Shown one piece after another: positions 48,576 to 56,907 of a DNA stretch of 64,000 bases. The translations under genes were made by a program, and so were the position numbers. The stretch covers positions 888 to 64,887 of the forward strand of contig CAZYMF010000005.1 in NCBI GenBank assembly GCA_964648215.1, read 5' to 3'. Source of the DNA: an uncultured Candidatus Binatia bacterium. GTDB taxonomy: Bacteria; Desulfobacterota; Binatia; HRBIN30; JACQVA1. Position 1 is the first letter of the stretch. Every line of letters starts with the position of its first letter. A model generated the notes under the pieces. The model was given only the letters and a program-made list of their open reading frames with translations, made no database searches and was not told the DNA's origin.

Positions 48576-48637
48576 CGCGCTCCCGGGATCAAGAAAATCG
48601 ATACCCGAAAGCATGGAACCTATGCAAAATCAGGTGG

Positions 48638-51451
48638 TTAGGAATGGACCCGGAATGTGGCGGCTGAGCTTGGCCCTTGGCCTTCGATGGCCACGGCGCA
48701 GAGCTTGAACTCGGGGATTTTTCCGTACGGATCGAGGGCATCGATGGTCAGGACGTTGGCGGCCGCCTCGCGAAAGTGGAAGGGGATGAAGACACTGCCC
48801 GGGGCCATCCGCGGCTCGGCCCGGACCTTGATCTCGATGGCGCCGCGGCGGGAACGGATGCGGGCGAAGTCGCCGGTGACCAGGCCGAGCGCCTCCAGAT
48901 CGTCGGGGTGGAGCTCGGCGAAAGCCTCGGGTTCGAGCGCGTCGAGCGCCCGCGAGCGCCGGGTCATGGTCCCGGTGTGCCAGTGCTCGAGCAGCCGGCC
49001 GGTGTTGAGAACGAAGGGGAACTCGGTATCGGGCAGCTCCGTGGCGGGGACGAACTCGGCGGCGACGAACTTGCCCCGCCCGCGGGGAAAGCCGTCGGTG
49101 AACAGGACCGAGGTGCCCGGGTGCGTCGGATCCGGGCACGGCCAGAGCAGGCCGGTGTCGCCGAGGCGGTCGTAGCTGAGGCCGGCATAGCTCGGCGTCA
49201 GTGAGGCCATCTCCCGGAAGATCGCCTCGACGTGGTCGTAGTGCATGGGGTAGCCCATGCGGGTGGCGAGCTCGCACAGAACCTGCCAGTCGGTGCGCGC
49301 CTGACCCGGCGGCTCGATCGCCTTGCGCCCGAGCTGCACCCGGCGGTCGGTGTTGGTGTAGGTCCCGTCCTTCTCCGCAAAGCTGGTCGCGGGCAGGATC
49401 ACGTCGGCAAACTCGGCGGTCTCGGTGAGAAAGATGTCCTGCACCACCAGAAAATCGAGAGCCGCCAGAGCCTGGCGCACCTTGTTGGTGTTCGGGTCGC
49501 TGAGGAAGGGGTTCTCGCCCATCATCATCATGCCGCGGATCCGACCGGCGAGCGCAGCGGTCATGATCTCGACCACGGTGAGACCGGGGTCAGGGTCGAG
49601 CGCTACACCCCACGCCTGCTCGAAACGCTGGCGCACGGCGGGGTCCTTGACCGGCTGATAGTCGGTGTAGACCATCGGAATCAGGCCGACATCGGAGGCC
49701 CCCTGCACGTTGTTCTGGCCGCGCAGCGGGTGGAGGCCGGTGCCGGGGCGGCCGATGTTGCCGGTCATCAGCGCCAGGGAGATCAGGCAGCGCGCATTGT
49801 CGGTACCCGTCGTGTGCTGCGAGATGCCCATGCCCCAGAAGATCATCGCGGCGCGGGCACGGCCGTAGCAGTGGGCAACGGTCTCGATGAGCGCGCGCGG
49901 CACGCCGGTGATGCCCTCCACCAGCTCGGGGGGATAGCGACCGGCCGTCTTGCGGACGTCGGCGAAATTCTCCGTGCGCTTGCGAATGAAGCTCTCGTCG
50001 ATCAGTCCGTCGCGGAGGATGACGTGCATCAAGCCGTTGAGCAGGGCCACGTCGGTACCGGGCTTGAAGCGCACGTAGTGGTCGGCGTGATCCGCCAGCA
50101 GAGAACGCCGCGGATCGATCACGATCAGAGTCGTACCTTTCTTGGCCGCCTCCTTGATGAAGGTGGCCGCCACCGGGTGATTCTCGGCGGCATTGGAGCC
50201 GATGACGACAGCGACGTCGGCCAGAGCGACGTCGGCGAAGACGTTGGAGACGGCGCCGGAGCCGATGGTCTCCATCAGGGCCGCCACCGACGAGGCGTGA
50301 CACAACCGGGTGCAGTGGTCGACGTTGTTGGTGCCGAACACCGCGCGCACCAGCTTCTGAAAGACGTAGTTGTCCTCGTTGGAGCACTTGGCCGAGCCGA
50401 AACCGGCGAGCGCCGAGCCGCCGTGCGTGTCGCGGATGGCCCGCAGGCGCGCCGCCGCCAGGTCGAGGGCTTCGTCCCAGCTGGCCTCGCGGAAGGCGGG
50501 AAGCACGTGGCTGTAGTCGACCAGACCGCCGGGCCGGCGGCGGCGCTCGTCGCCACGCACCTCCGGTGACAACGGGCCCTTGGGATATCGCTCCGGGCGG
50601 CGGATGAGGGGGACGGTCAAGCGCTGCGGGTGGTGCGCGTAGTCGAAGCCGTAGCGACCCTTGACGCACAGCCGGCCCTGGCTGACCGGGCTTTCCGCGC
50701 GCCCGGAGACGCGTTCGATGCGCCCGTCGCGGACATGGTAGCGCACGGCGCAGCCGACGCCGCAGTACGGGCAGACCGAGGCGACCCGGCGCTCGCTGCT
50801 CGGGGTGGAGACCGCGACCGTGACCGGCTTGTGCACCAGCGCCCCGGTCGGACAGGCGGCGGCGCACTCGCCGCAAGAAACGCAGGTGGACTCGCCCATG
50901 GGGCGGCCGAGATCGAAGGCGATACGAGCATCGAAGCCCTTGCCGGCCCGGCCGATGACCTCGTTGGACTGGACCTCGTCGCAGGCGCGCACGCAGCGGT
51001 CGCAGAGAATGCAGGCGCGATGATCGACGGCGATGACGGGAGACGAGAGGTCGGCCCAGTCGTGCCAGGCACGGGCGCCGAAGCGGGACGTCGTGATGCC
51101 CAGCGCGCGCGCCAGCGCTTCGAGCTCGCAGCCGGTGTCGGCCTCGCGCGCGCAGGGAGCGGGGTGGTCCGCGAGAAGCAGCTCGACCAGCATTCGGCGG
51201 GCGCTGGTCACGGCCGCGGTCGCGGTGTGGACGACCATCCCGTCCTCGACGGTCCGGACGCAGGCGGCCTGCAACGTGCGCGCACCCTCCACCGCGACGG
51301 CGCAGACGCGGCAGACGCCGACCGCGCGCAGGTCGGGACGATGACAGAGAACGGGGATGTCGATGCCGGCTTGCTGCGCCGCGGACCAAATCGTCGTTCC
51401 GGCCGTCGTCTCGACGCGACGACCGTCGATGGTCAGGGTCAAGGGGTTCAT
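48638..51451 (-). CDS. Formate dehydrogenase alpha subunit, NAD-type (NuoG-like Fe-S N-terminus plus molybdopterin domain), Cys variant
   Basis: Start MNPLTLTIDGRRV at 51451. 2Fe-2S and 4Fe-4S Cys clusters (CRVCAV, CILCDRCVRAC, CVSCGECAAACP, CPYCGVGC). VDHCTRLCHASSVAAL aligns with the CARVUHGPSVAGL region of FdhF, with Cys in place of Sec. Confidence 0.9.
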   Translation of the reverse strand: MNPLTLTIDGRRVETTAGTTIWSAAQQAGIDIPVLCHRPDLRAVGVCRVCAVAVEGARTLQAACVRTVEDGMVVHTATAAVTSARRMLVELLLADHPAPCAREADTGCELEALARALGITTSRFGARAWHDWADLSSPVIAVDHRACILCDRCVRACDEVQSNEVIGRAGKGFDARIAFDLGRPMGESTCVSCGECAAACPTGALVHKPVTVAVSTPSSERRVASVCPYCGVGCAVRYHVRDGRIERVSGRAESPVSQGRLCVKGRYGFDYAHHPQRLTVPLIRRPERYPKGPLSPEVRGDERRRRPGGLVDYSHVLPAFREASWDEALDLAAARLRAIRDTHGGSALAGFGSAKCSNEDNYVFQKLVRAVFGTNNVDHCTRLCHASSVAALMETIGSGAVSNVFADVALADVAVVIGSNAAENHPVAATFIKEAAKKGTTLIVIDPRRSLLADHADHYVRFKPGTDVALLNGLMHVILRDGLIDESFIRKRTENFADVRKTAGRYPPELVEGITGVPRALIETVAHCYGRARAAMIFWGMGISQHTTGTDNARCLISLALMTGNIGRPGTGLHPLRGQNNVQGASDVGLIPMVYTDYQPVKDPAVRQRFEQAWGVALDPDPGLTVVEIMTAALAGRIRGMMMMGENPFLSDPNTNKVRQALAALDFLVVQDIFLTETAEFADVILPATSFAEKDGTYTNTDRRVQLGRKAIEPPGQARTDWQVLCELATRMGYPMHYDHVEAIFREMASLTPSYAGLSYDRLGDTGLLWPCPDPTHPGTSVLFTDGFPRGRGKFVAAEFVPATELPDTEFPFVLNTGRLLEHWHTGTMTRRSRALDALEPEAFAELHPDDLEALGLVTGDFARIRSRRGAIEIKVRAEPRMAPGSVFIPFHFREAAANVLTIDALDPYGKIPEFKLCAVAIEGQGPSSAATFRVHS

Positions 51452-53079
51452 CGGCAGACGCCCTCGGGGCAGCGCCCGTGCTGGTGCGCCTCGACCTCCG
51501 CGGGAAAGTGCTGCAGCACCGACGTCAGCGGATTCGGTGCGGCCTGGCCGAGGCCGCAGATGGAAGTTGCGGCCATCGTGCCGGCGAGCTCCTCGATCGC
51601 GGCGAGGGCGGAGGCGGAGGCCCGGCGGCTTGCCAGCTGCTCGGTGAGGTGCACCAGCTTGTCCGAGCCGACACGGCAGGGCACGCACTTGCCGCACGAC
51701 TCGTTGCGAAAGAAGCGGAGCACGTTCAGCGCCGCGTCGACCATGCAGGTGCCTTCCGCCAGAACCACGACCGCCCCGGAGCCGAGCATCGAGCCGGCCG
51801 CGGCCAGCGCGCTGAAGTCGAGGCCGACGTCCACCTGCGCCGCCGGAAGAAAGCCGGAGGAGGCGCCGCCGGGAGCGAACGCCTTCAGCCGCCGGCCGCC
51901 GCTGACGCCACCGCCGTGTTGCTCGATGAGAACACGGGCAGGTAGGCCGAGGGGAATTTCGTAAACGCCTGGGCGTTCGATGTCCCCGCTGATTGCGATC
52001 AGCTTCCTTCCCGGGATGCCGTTGTGGCCGCCGGTAGCGAACCAGGCGCCGCCGCGCGCCAGGATGGCCGGGACCCAGGCCAGCGTTTCTACGTTGTTGA
52101 TCAGCGTGGGTTGCCCCCAGAGCCCGCACGTGCCCGGAAACGGCGGGCGGTTGCGCGGCTCGGCGCGTTTTCCCTCCATGGCCTCGAGGAGAGCGGTCTC
52201 CTCGCCGCAGATGTAGCCGCCGGGGCTGTCGAAGATCTCGACGTCGACGCCATACGACGAGCCGAAGACCGAGCTTCCCATGGCGCCGTGCGCCCGCGCC
52301 GCCTCGAGCGCCCGTGTCAACACCCGGCGCTGGGCCTCGTACTCGTGACGCAAGAACACGTAGGCCTGGCGAGCCCCGACGGTGAGCGCGGCGATGACCA
52401 GGCCTTCCACCACCAGGTCGGAGAAGCGCTCGAGCAAGAAACGGTCCTTGAACGTGCCGGGCTCGCTCTCGTCGGCGTTGCAGACGACGAACTTCTCCGC
52501 CGCGGGCGCGCGGCGCACGAGGTCCCATTTCTTCGCGGTCGGGAAACCGGCGCCGCCGTAGCCGCGCAGGTGGCTCTGCTCCAGCTCGCGCACGACCCAG
52601 CCCGCATCCGCGGCGGCGACGACGCGCCGTAGCGACGCATAGGGTACGGCGTGTCTGGGGTCGACGTGGTCGGCGTGGAAGTAGCGGGTCGGCGCCTCGC
52701 TCACCGCGGGAGATTCGGCCGGGTCGATCGTCCCTGCGGCACCGAGGTCCCCCAAGATGCGGCCGGCGACACTCGCCGCGCCGGGCCGGTCACACAGCCC
52801 CAGGCACGAGCAGGGCCGGACCTGCCGGCCAGCGGCCGCGAGGGTTTCCAGCAGGCGCGGTGCCGCCAGGTGGCAGCTGAGATCGGTGCACACGCGAATC
52901 TCACCCGCGACCTCGGCGCGCAGGTGCGGGTAGAAGGTGCTCAGCCCGTGCAGGCGATAGAGGGGGGTCTGCGTGTCGAGCGAGAGTCGCTGGAGTGCCT
53001 CCGGCGGCTGATTCTTGGCGGCGCGTAGCTTCTCGATGAGTTGGGCATCGCTCTCTCGCCGCTTGCGCACGAGAGGCAT
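51448..53079 (-). CDS. Formate dehydrogenase beta subunit: NuoE-like 2Fe-2S domain fused to NuoF-like FMN/NAD(H) domain
   Basis: CTDLSCHL...CSCLGLCD (NuoE-type), then GYGGAGFPTAKKW, VVCNADESEPGTFKDR and ESCGKCVPCR. 4-nt overlap with the alpha gene. The start is MPLVRKRR at 53079. Confidence 0.85.
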   Translation of the reverse strand: MPLVRKRRESDAQLIEKLRAAKNQPPEALQRLSLDTQTPLYRLHGLSTFYPHLRAEVAGEIRVCTDLSCHLAAPRLLETLAAAGRQVRPCSCLGLCDRPGAASVAGRILGDLGAAGTIDPAESPAVSEAPTRYFHADHVDPRHAVPYASLRRVVAAADAGWVVRELEQSHLRGYGGAGFPTAKKWDLVRRAPAAEKFVVCNADESEPGTFKDRFLLERFSDLVVEGLVIAALTVGARQAYVFLRHEYEAQRRVLTRALEAARAHGAMGSSVFGSSYGVDVEIFDSPGGYICGEETALLEAMEGKRAEPRNRPPFPGTCGLWGQPTLINNVETLAWVPAILARGGAWFATGGHNGIPGRKLIAISGDIERPGVYEIPLGLPARVLIEQHGGGVSGGRRLKAFAPGGASSGFLPAAQVDVGLDFSALAAAGSMLGSGAVVVLAEGTCMVDAALNVLRFFRNESCGKCVPCRVGSDKLVHLTEQLASRRASASALAAIEELAGTMAATSICGLGQAAPNPLTSVLQHFPAEVEAHQHGRCPEGVCR

Positions 53080-53159
53080 TCTGGCAGTGGCTCTCCGAGC
53101 GGGCAAGTCGCCGGGCGAGGATAGAATGTGCTGCCGCCGTCGGCTATGATCCGCTCGTT

Positions 53160-53945
53160 ATGTATCCGATCCTGTTCAAAATCGGACCGCTGACGATCTA
53201 CAGCTACGGCACGATGATGGCGATCGCGTTTCTCGTCGGCGCCTATCTCACCGGGCTGGAGCTCGACCGCAAGGGATTGCCGGAGAGCGCTGCCTCGACC
53301 ATGGTCTTCTGGGCCGCGGTCGGCGGCCTGATCGGCGCTCGTCTGTTGAACGTGTTCGAGGACTGGTCGGCGTTCAGCCACGACCCGCTTCGCTTCATCT
53401 TCACCGGTGCCGGTTTCACCTGGTACGGCGGGCTGATCGGCGGCTTCGTCGCCGTCACCTGGTCGATGCGTCGCCTGAAGCTGCCGTTTCTGCCCACGGT
53501 GGACTGCATCGCCCCGGTGCTGGCGCTCGGTCACGCCATCGGCCGCATCGGCTGCCAACTCGCGGGCGACGGGGACTGGGGCAAGGTTTCGACCCTGCCG
53601 TGGGCGATGGCCTATCCGCACGCGATCGTCGGCTGGAACTACCCGCCCGGTGTCCGCGTTCATCCCACGCCGGTCTACGAGACCATCGTCTACACGGGAG
53701 TGTTCGCGTTCCTGTGGGCGATCCGCAAGCGCGAGCATCCCCCGGGCACGCTGTTCTGGTGGTACCTCGTGCTTGCCTCCGGGGCACGGTTCTTCATCGA
53801 ATTCCTGCGCATCAATCATCCCGTGGCCGAGGGCCTGACCCTGGCGCAGTGGATGAGTCTCGGCCTGGTCGCCATCGGCGCCTGGCGCTTGCTGGCAGGG
53901 CGGATGGCGGCGACCGGCAGGGCGCCGGCGCGATCACCGTCATGA
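53160..53945 (+). CDS. lgt: Prolipoprotein diacylglyceryl transferase
   Basis: YSYGTMMAIAFLVG, GGLIGARL, GRIGCQLAGDGDWG, HPTPVYE. Confidence 0.92.
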   Translation: MYPILFKIGPLTIYSYGTMMAIAFLVGAYLTGLELDRKGLPESAASTMVFWAAVGGLIGARLLNVFEDWSAFSHDPLRFIFTGAGFTWYGGLIGGFVAVTWSMRRLKLPFLPTVDCIAPVLALGHAIGRIGCQLAGDGDWGKVSTLPWAMAYPHAIVGWNYPPGVRVHPTPVYETIVYTGVFAFLWAIRKREHPPGTLFWWYLVLASGARFFIEFLRINHPVAEGLTLAQWMSLGLVAIGAWRLLAGRMAATGRAPARSPS

Positions 53946-54505
53946 GCAGGCGCTTCGGTCCACCCGTCGCGGCCCTTCTCCTCGGGCTGGCGGTAGCGAT
54001 CTATTTTCAGCTCGGCAGCGGCAGCAAACGGGCCGGCTTCCCGGCGCCGGACTTCGCGTTGCCCGATCTTCATGGACAGCTCCACCGTCTCTCCGATTTC
54101 CGGGGCAAGGTCGTATTCTTGAACGTATGGGCCACCTGGTGTCCGCCGTGCCGTATGGAGATGCCGGCCATGGAGACGCTCTATCGCCGGCTCCAGGGCC
54201 GCGACTTCGTCATGCTGGCGGTGAGCCAGGACGACGAGGGCATCCAGGCGGTCAAGCCCTTTCTCGAGAAGAGCGGATACACCTTCCCCGTCCTGCTCGA
54301 TCCGAAGGGCTCGGTATCGAGCCAGTACGGGGTCACCGGCTACCCGGAGACGTTCATCATCGACCGCCAGGGCAAAGTCGTGCAACACGTGATCGGTCCG
54401 GAGAACTGGCAGAGTGACGAGAGCTACCGGTACTTTCTGGGGCTGCTGCAGCACAAGCCGGCGGCGAATCCGGCAAGTGCCGGGCAGTCTGCCGGTGGCG
54501 GCTGA
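53942..54505 (+). CDS. TlpA/ResA-like thiol-disulfide oxidoreductase (membrane-anchored thioredoxin)
   Basis: N-terminal TM segment, FLNVWATWCPPCRMEMP (WCxxC), GYPETFIID. ATGA overlap with lgt. Confidence 0.85.
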   Translation: MSRRFGPPVAALLLGLAVAIYFQLGSGSKRAGFPAPDFALPDLHGQLHRLSDFRGKVVFLNVWATWCPPCRMEMPAMETLYRRLQGRDFVMLAVSQDDEGIQAVKPFLEKSGYTFPVLLDPKGSVSSQYGVTGYPETFIIDRQGKVVQHVIGPENWQSDESYRYFLGLLQHKPAANPASAGQSAGGG

Positions 54506-54531
54506 CGCCTCCGCCTTGCTCGTGGTGTCCG

Positions 54532-55818
54532 GTGTTCGGCCGAAGTTTCGCGTGGCGCAGCGCGGTTGTGGCGGGGCTGGTGCTGGCCTTGGCTGCCCCC
54601 GGCGTCGCGGCAGCGGACAAGGCCACCTACACCATCGACTACGTCGTCACCATCTCGGCCAAGGAGCCGGAGATGGCCTCCGTGCGCTGGGAGCTTGCCG
54701 GGATCGACGAGATTCGCAGCATCCGCCTCCAGTTTGCGGCGGAGCGTTTCTCGAACTTCAGCGCCAGCGGTCGCCTCGAGCAGAACGGCGGCGAGATTCT
54801 CTGGGTGCCGCGGCGGCCGTACGCGCATCTCAGCTATCGCGTGCGTATCGACAACGCGCGGGGACGACAGCAGCGCTATGACAGCTACGCGACGCCGAGT
54901 TGGGTGGTCACTCGCGCCCGGGCGCTGTTCCCCCGTATCGAGGTCGAGTACGACGAACACAAGCCCGAGCCCAAGTCGCGCGCCCGACTGGTGCTCAAGA
55001 TGCCCTCCGGCTGGCGGGCGGCGATGGCGATGGAGAGCGCCGGCCCGGGCATCTTCCTGCCGTCGCAGCCAGGCAACCTCCTCGATCGCCCCACCGGCTG
55101 GATGGCACTGGGGAAGATCGACGTCGTCCGGCAAGAGATCGGGGCCACGACAGTGGAGATCGCCCGCGCGCCGGGGTCGAAGCTGAAGCCGGCGGAGCTG
55201 TTTCACCTCTATGAGACCACGCTCCCCGCGCTCGAGAAACTGCTTTCCCGGCCGATGGATCGCTTACTCGTCGTGAGCGCCCCCGACCCGATGTGGCACG
55301 GCGGTATCAGTGGCAACGCCTCGTTCTACATGCACGGCGCTCGCCCGCTGCGCACACCGGACAAGACGTCGCCGTATCTGCACGAGCTCTTTCACGTCAT
55401 GCAGCCGTACAAACCCGGACCGGACGCGGACTGGATCGAGGAGGGGCTGGCCGAGTTCTACTCACTGGAGCTGCAACGACGAGCCGGTCTGCTCGACCCG
55501 GCCGGGTTCGATCGCGGGCTCGGCTACCTGAAACGCTATGGGCTGTGGCACGTCGACATGACCAAGCAGCAGGACAACGCGGCAACCAACAACAGCGCTC
55601 CATTGATCATGTACGCCCTCGATCAGCGCATCCAGCGCGCGACGGCGGGCAAACGACGACTCGACGATGTCGTCGCGCTCTTGATTCGCCGTGGGGTGGC
55701 CGTCACCACGGCGGGCTTTCAACGGGCGGCGGAGCAGGCAGCGGGCAGGAAATTCGGCGTGTTCTTCCGACGGCACGTTCGCAATGGTGAGCCGCCGGTA
55801 GCACTCACTGTTCCGTAA
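54532..55818 (+). CDS. Secreted gluzincin-type metallopeptidase (HExxH...E)
   Basis: Signal peptide AVVAGLVLALAAPGVAAA. LHELFHV followed by WIEEGLAEFY resembles the M1/M61-type HExxH plus W-x-x-EG-(F/L)-A arrangement. Confidence 0.6.
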   Translation: MFGRSFAWRSAVVAGLVLALAAPGVAAADKATYTIDYVVTISAKEPEMASVRWELAGIDEIRSIRLQFAAERFSNFSASGRLEQNGGEILWVPRRPYAHLSYRVRIDNARGRQQRYDSYATPSWVVTRARALFPRIEVEYDEHKPEPKSRARLVLKMPSGWRAAMAMESAGPGIFLPSQPGNLLDRPTGWMALGKIDVVRQEIGATTVEIARAPGSKLKPAELFHLYETTLPALEKLLSRPMDRLLVVSAPDPMWHGGISGNASFYMHGARPLRTPDKTSPYLHELFHVMQPYKPGPDADWIEEGLAEFYSLELQRRAGLLDPAGFDRGLGYLKRYGLWHVDMTKQQDNAATNNSAPLIMYALDQRIQRATAGKRRLDDVVALLIRRGVAVTTAGFQRAAEQAAGRKFGVFFRRHVRNGEPPVALTVP

Positions 55819-55830
55819 TCGCTTCGTGGA

Positions 55831-55884
55831 TCACGGTCCGGAGGCGAAGGGCGTCGCCAAACGCACTCCGCCTCCGGACCGTGA
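55831..55884. terminator. 16-bp perfect inverted repeat (long hairpin) between convergent genes; terminator-like but without a clear T-run
   Basis: TCACGGTCCGGAGGCG (55831-55846), 22-nt loop, CGCCTCCGGACCGTGA (55869-55884). Confidence 0.45.
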
Positions 55885-55909
55885 AATTCCACTGCCGAGC
55901 AGGACGGGA

Positions 55910-56152
55910 TCAGGGCTCTTTGTGGAGCAGGCCGTTTCCCCCAGGGAGATCCGCGGGGATCGATGCCTGCGCGGCCAGGACCTGCATCGCCTTACGCGCC
56001 AAGCGGCTCGGCTCGATGTGGCCGTTCTCCCAGCGGTTCACCGTGGAAACCGTAACCCCAATGGCGTGCGCGAACTCCTCCTGCGTCATGTTCAGGCGGC
56101 GTCGCAGCAACGCGACTGGTGCTCCGTTGTGCTGCTTTTCATCGAATGACAT
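55910..56152 (-). CDS. XRE-family helix-turn-helix transcriptional regulator
   Basis: LRRRLNMTQEEFAHAIGVTVSTVNRWENG. GGAGGAGG lies upstream of ATG 56152. This is the last 80 aa of track ORF 55910..57145. Confidence 0.8.
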   Translation of the reverse strand: MSFDEKQHNGAPVALLRRRLNMTQEEFAHAIGVTVSTVNRWENGHIEPSRLARKAMQVLAAQASIPADLPGGNGLLHKEP

Positions 56153-56412
56153 AGTGCCTCCTCCATCAGCCAACATCATCCACGTCAGCTTCACCCAGGT
56201 GCCAAGACCGAGAGCACGGCACGTGCCAGAGGAGAGGAGGCTACGGGAGGGCACCGATCCGAGCCCTCCCAGATTGGTCTCGTCACATTTTTGGCGCCAT
56301 GGTGGAATTGAGTCGCTAATCGAACCGCCCAGAAGTGTTTCAAGCACAACTGGACCGCAAGCGGAATTCCATTCGATCCGAGCAAGCTCGCCGGTCAGCT
56401 CGGGGTCCGGGG

Positions 56413-56865
56413 CTACTCCAGAAAAGGAGGCGTCTGTGCCTCGGGGGCGGATGCGGCTTTGGGCGGCGCGGCCGGCTTGCTCCGCAGACGCTTTTCCAGT
56501 TGCGCGATGCGCCGATTGAGCGCCCGCACCTCCTTGCGGCTGGCCACGTCGAGGCGGCGCAGAAGCGGCTCGACGCGTTTGCTGAGCTGGTCCTCGACGC
56601 CGGAAAGCAGCTTTTGTGCTCGGGCTTCCACGTCCTTTTGCGCCTTTTGGGCGCGCTTTTCGATGTCCTTGCGGAGACGCCTGCCCTCGCGGACGAGACG
56701 ATCCAGCGCCTGCTGCTGATCTCGCGAGATGAGATTCGAGGCTTGCTTGCGCGTGCGGGTGAGCACGCGCTCGGCATCGCGCTGCAACTCGCGCATGTTC
56801 TGGCGCAGCCGTGCCAGCGGCTCTGTAGCTTTCTTGGGAGCGGGTCGCTTTGCCTTCTTTGCCAT
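56413..56865 (-). CDS. Phasin-like (PHA granule-associated protein family-like) basic coiled-coil protein
   Basis: 150 aa, start MAKKAKRPAPKK at 56865 with AAGGAGG upstream. The C-terminal LDVASRKEVRALNRRIAQLEKRL matches the hallmark segment of PHA granule-associated proteins as I remember it. Confidence 0.6.
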   Translation of the reverse strand: MAKKAKRPAPKKATEPLARLRQNMRELQRDAERVLTRTRKQASNLISRDQQQALDRLVREGRRLRKDIEKRAQKAQKDVEARAQKLLSGVEDQLSKRVEPLLRRLDVASRKEVRALNRRIAQLEKRLRSKPAAPPKAASAPEAQTPPFLE

Positions 56866-56907
56866 GGGCGCCTCCTTTGCGCAGCGTTCTGGAGGCCCTT
56901 GTAGCGC

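Noticed and set aside
48638-51451. Selenocysteine (in-frame TGA plus SECIS) in the formate dehydrogenase.
   Set aside because: The frame is open throughout, and the position aligned with Sec in FdhF is a Cys codon (RLCHASSV).
48638-52528. Track ORF of 1296 aa suggesting a much longer formate dehydrogenase alpha subunit.
   Set aside because: The first 359 aa are Arg/Gly/Pro-rich junk read through the beta-subunit gene in another frame. The NuoG-like N-terminus MNPLTLTIDGRRV begins at 51451, with a 4-nt overlap to the beta stop.
56190-56210. Sigma54-type promoter (TGGCAC on the minus strand, plus-strand GTGCCA at 56199-56204) upstream of the XRE gene.
   Set aside because: The downstream element is TGAAGC rather than TTGC at the required spacing, so it does not fit the -24/-12 consensus.
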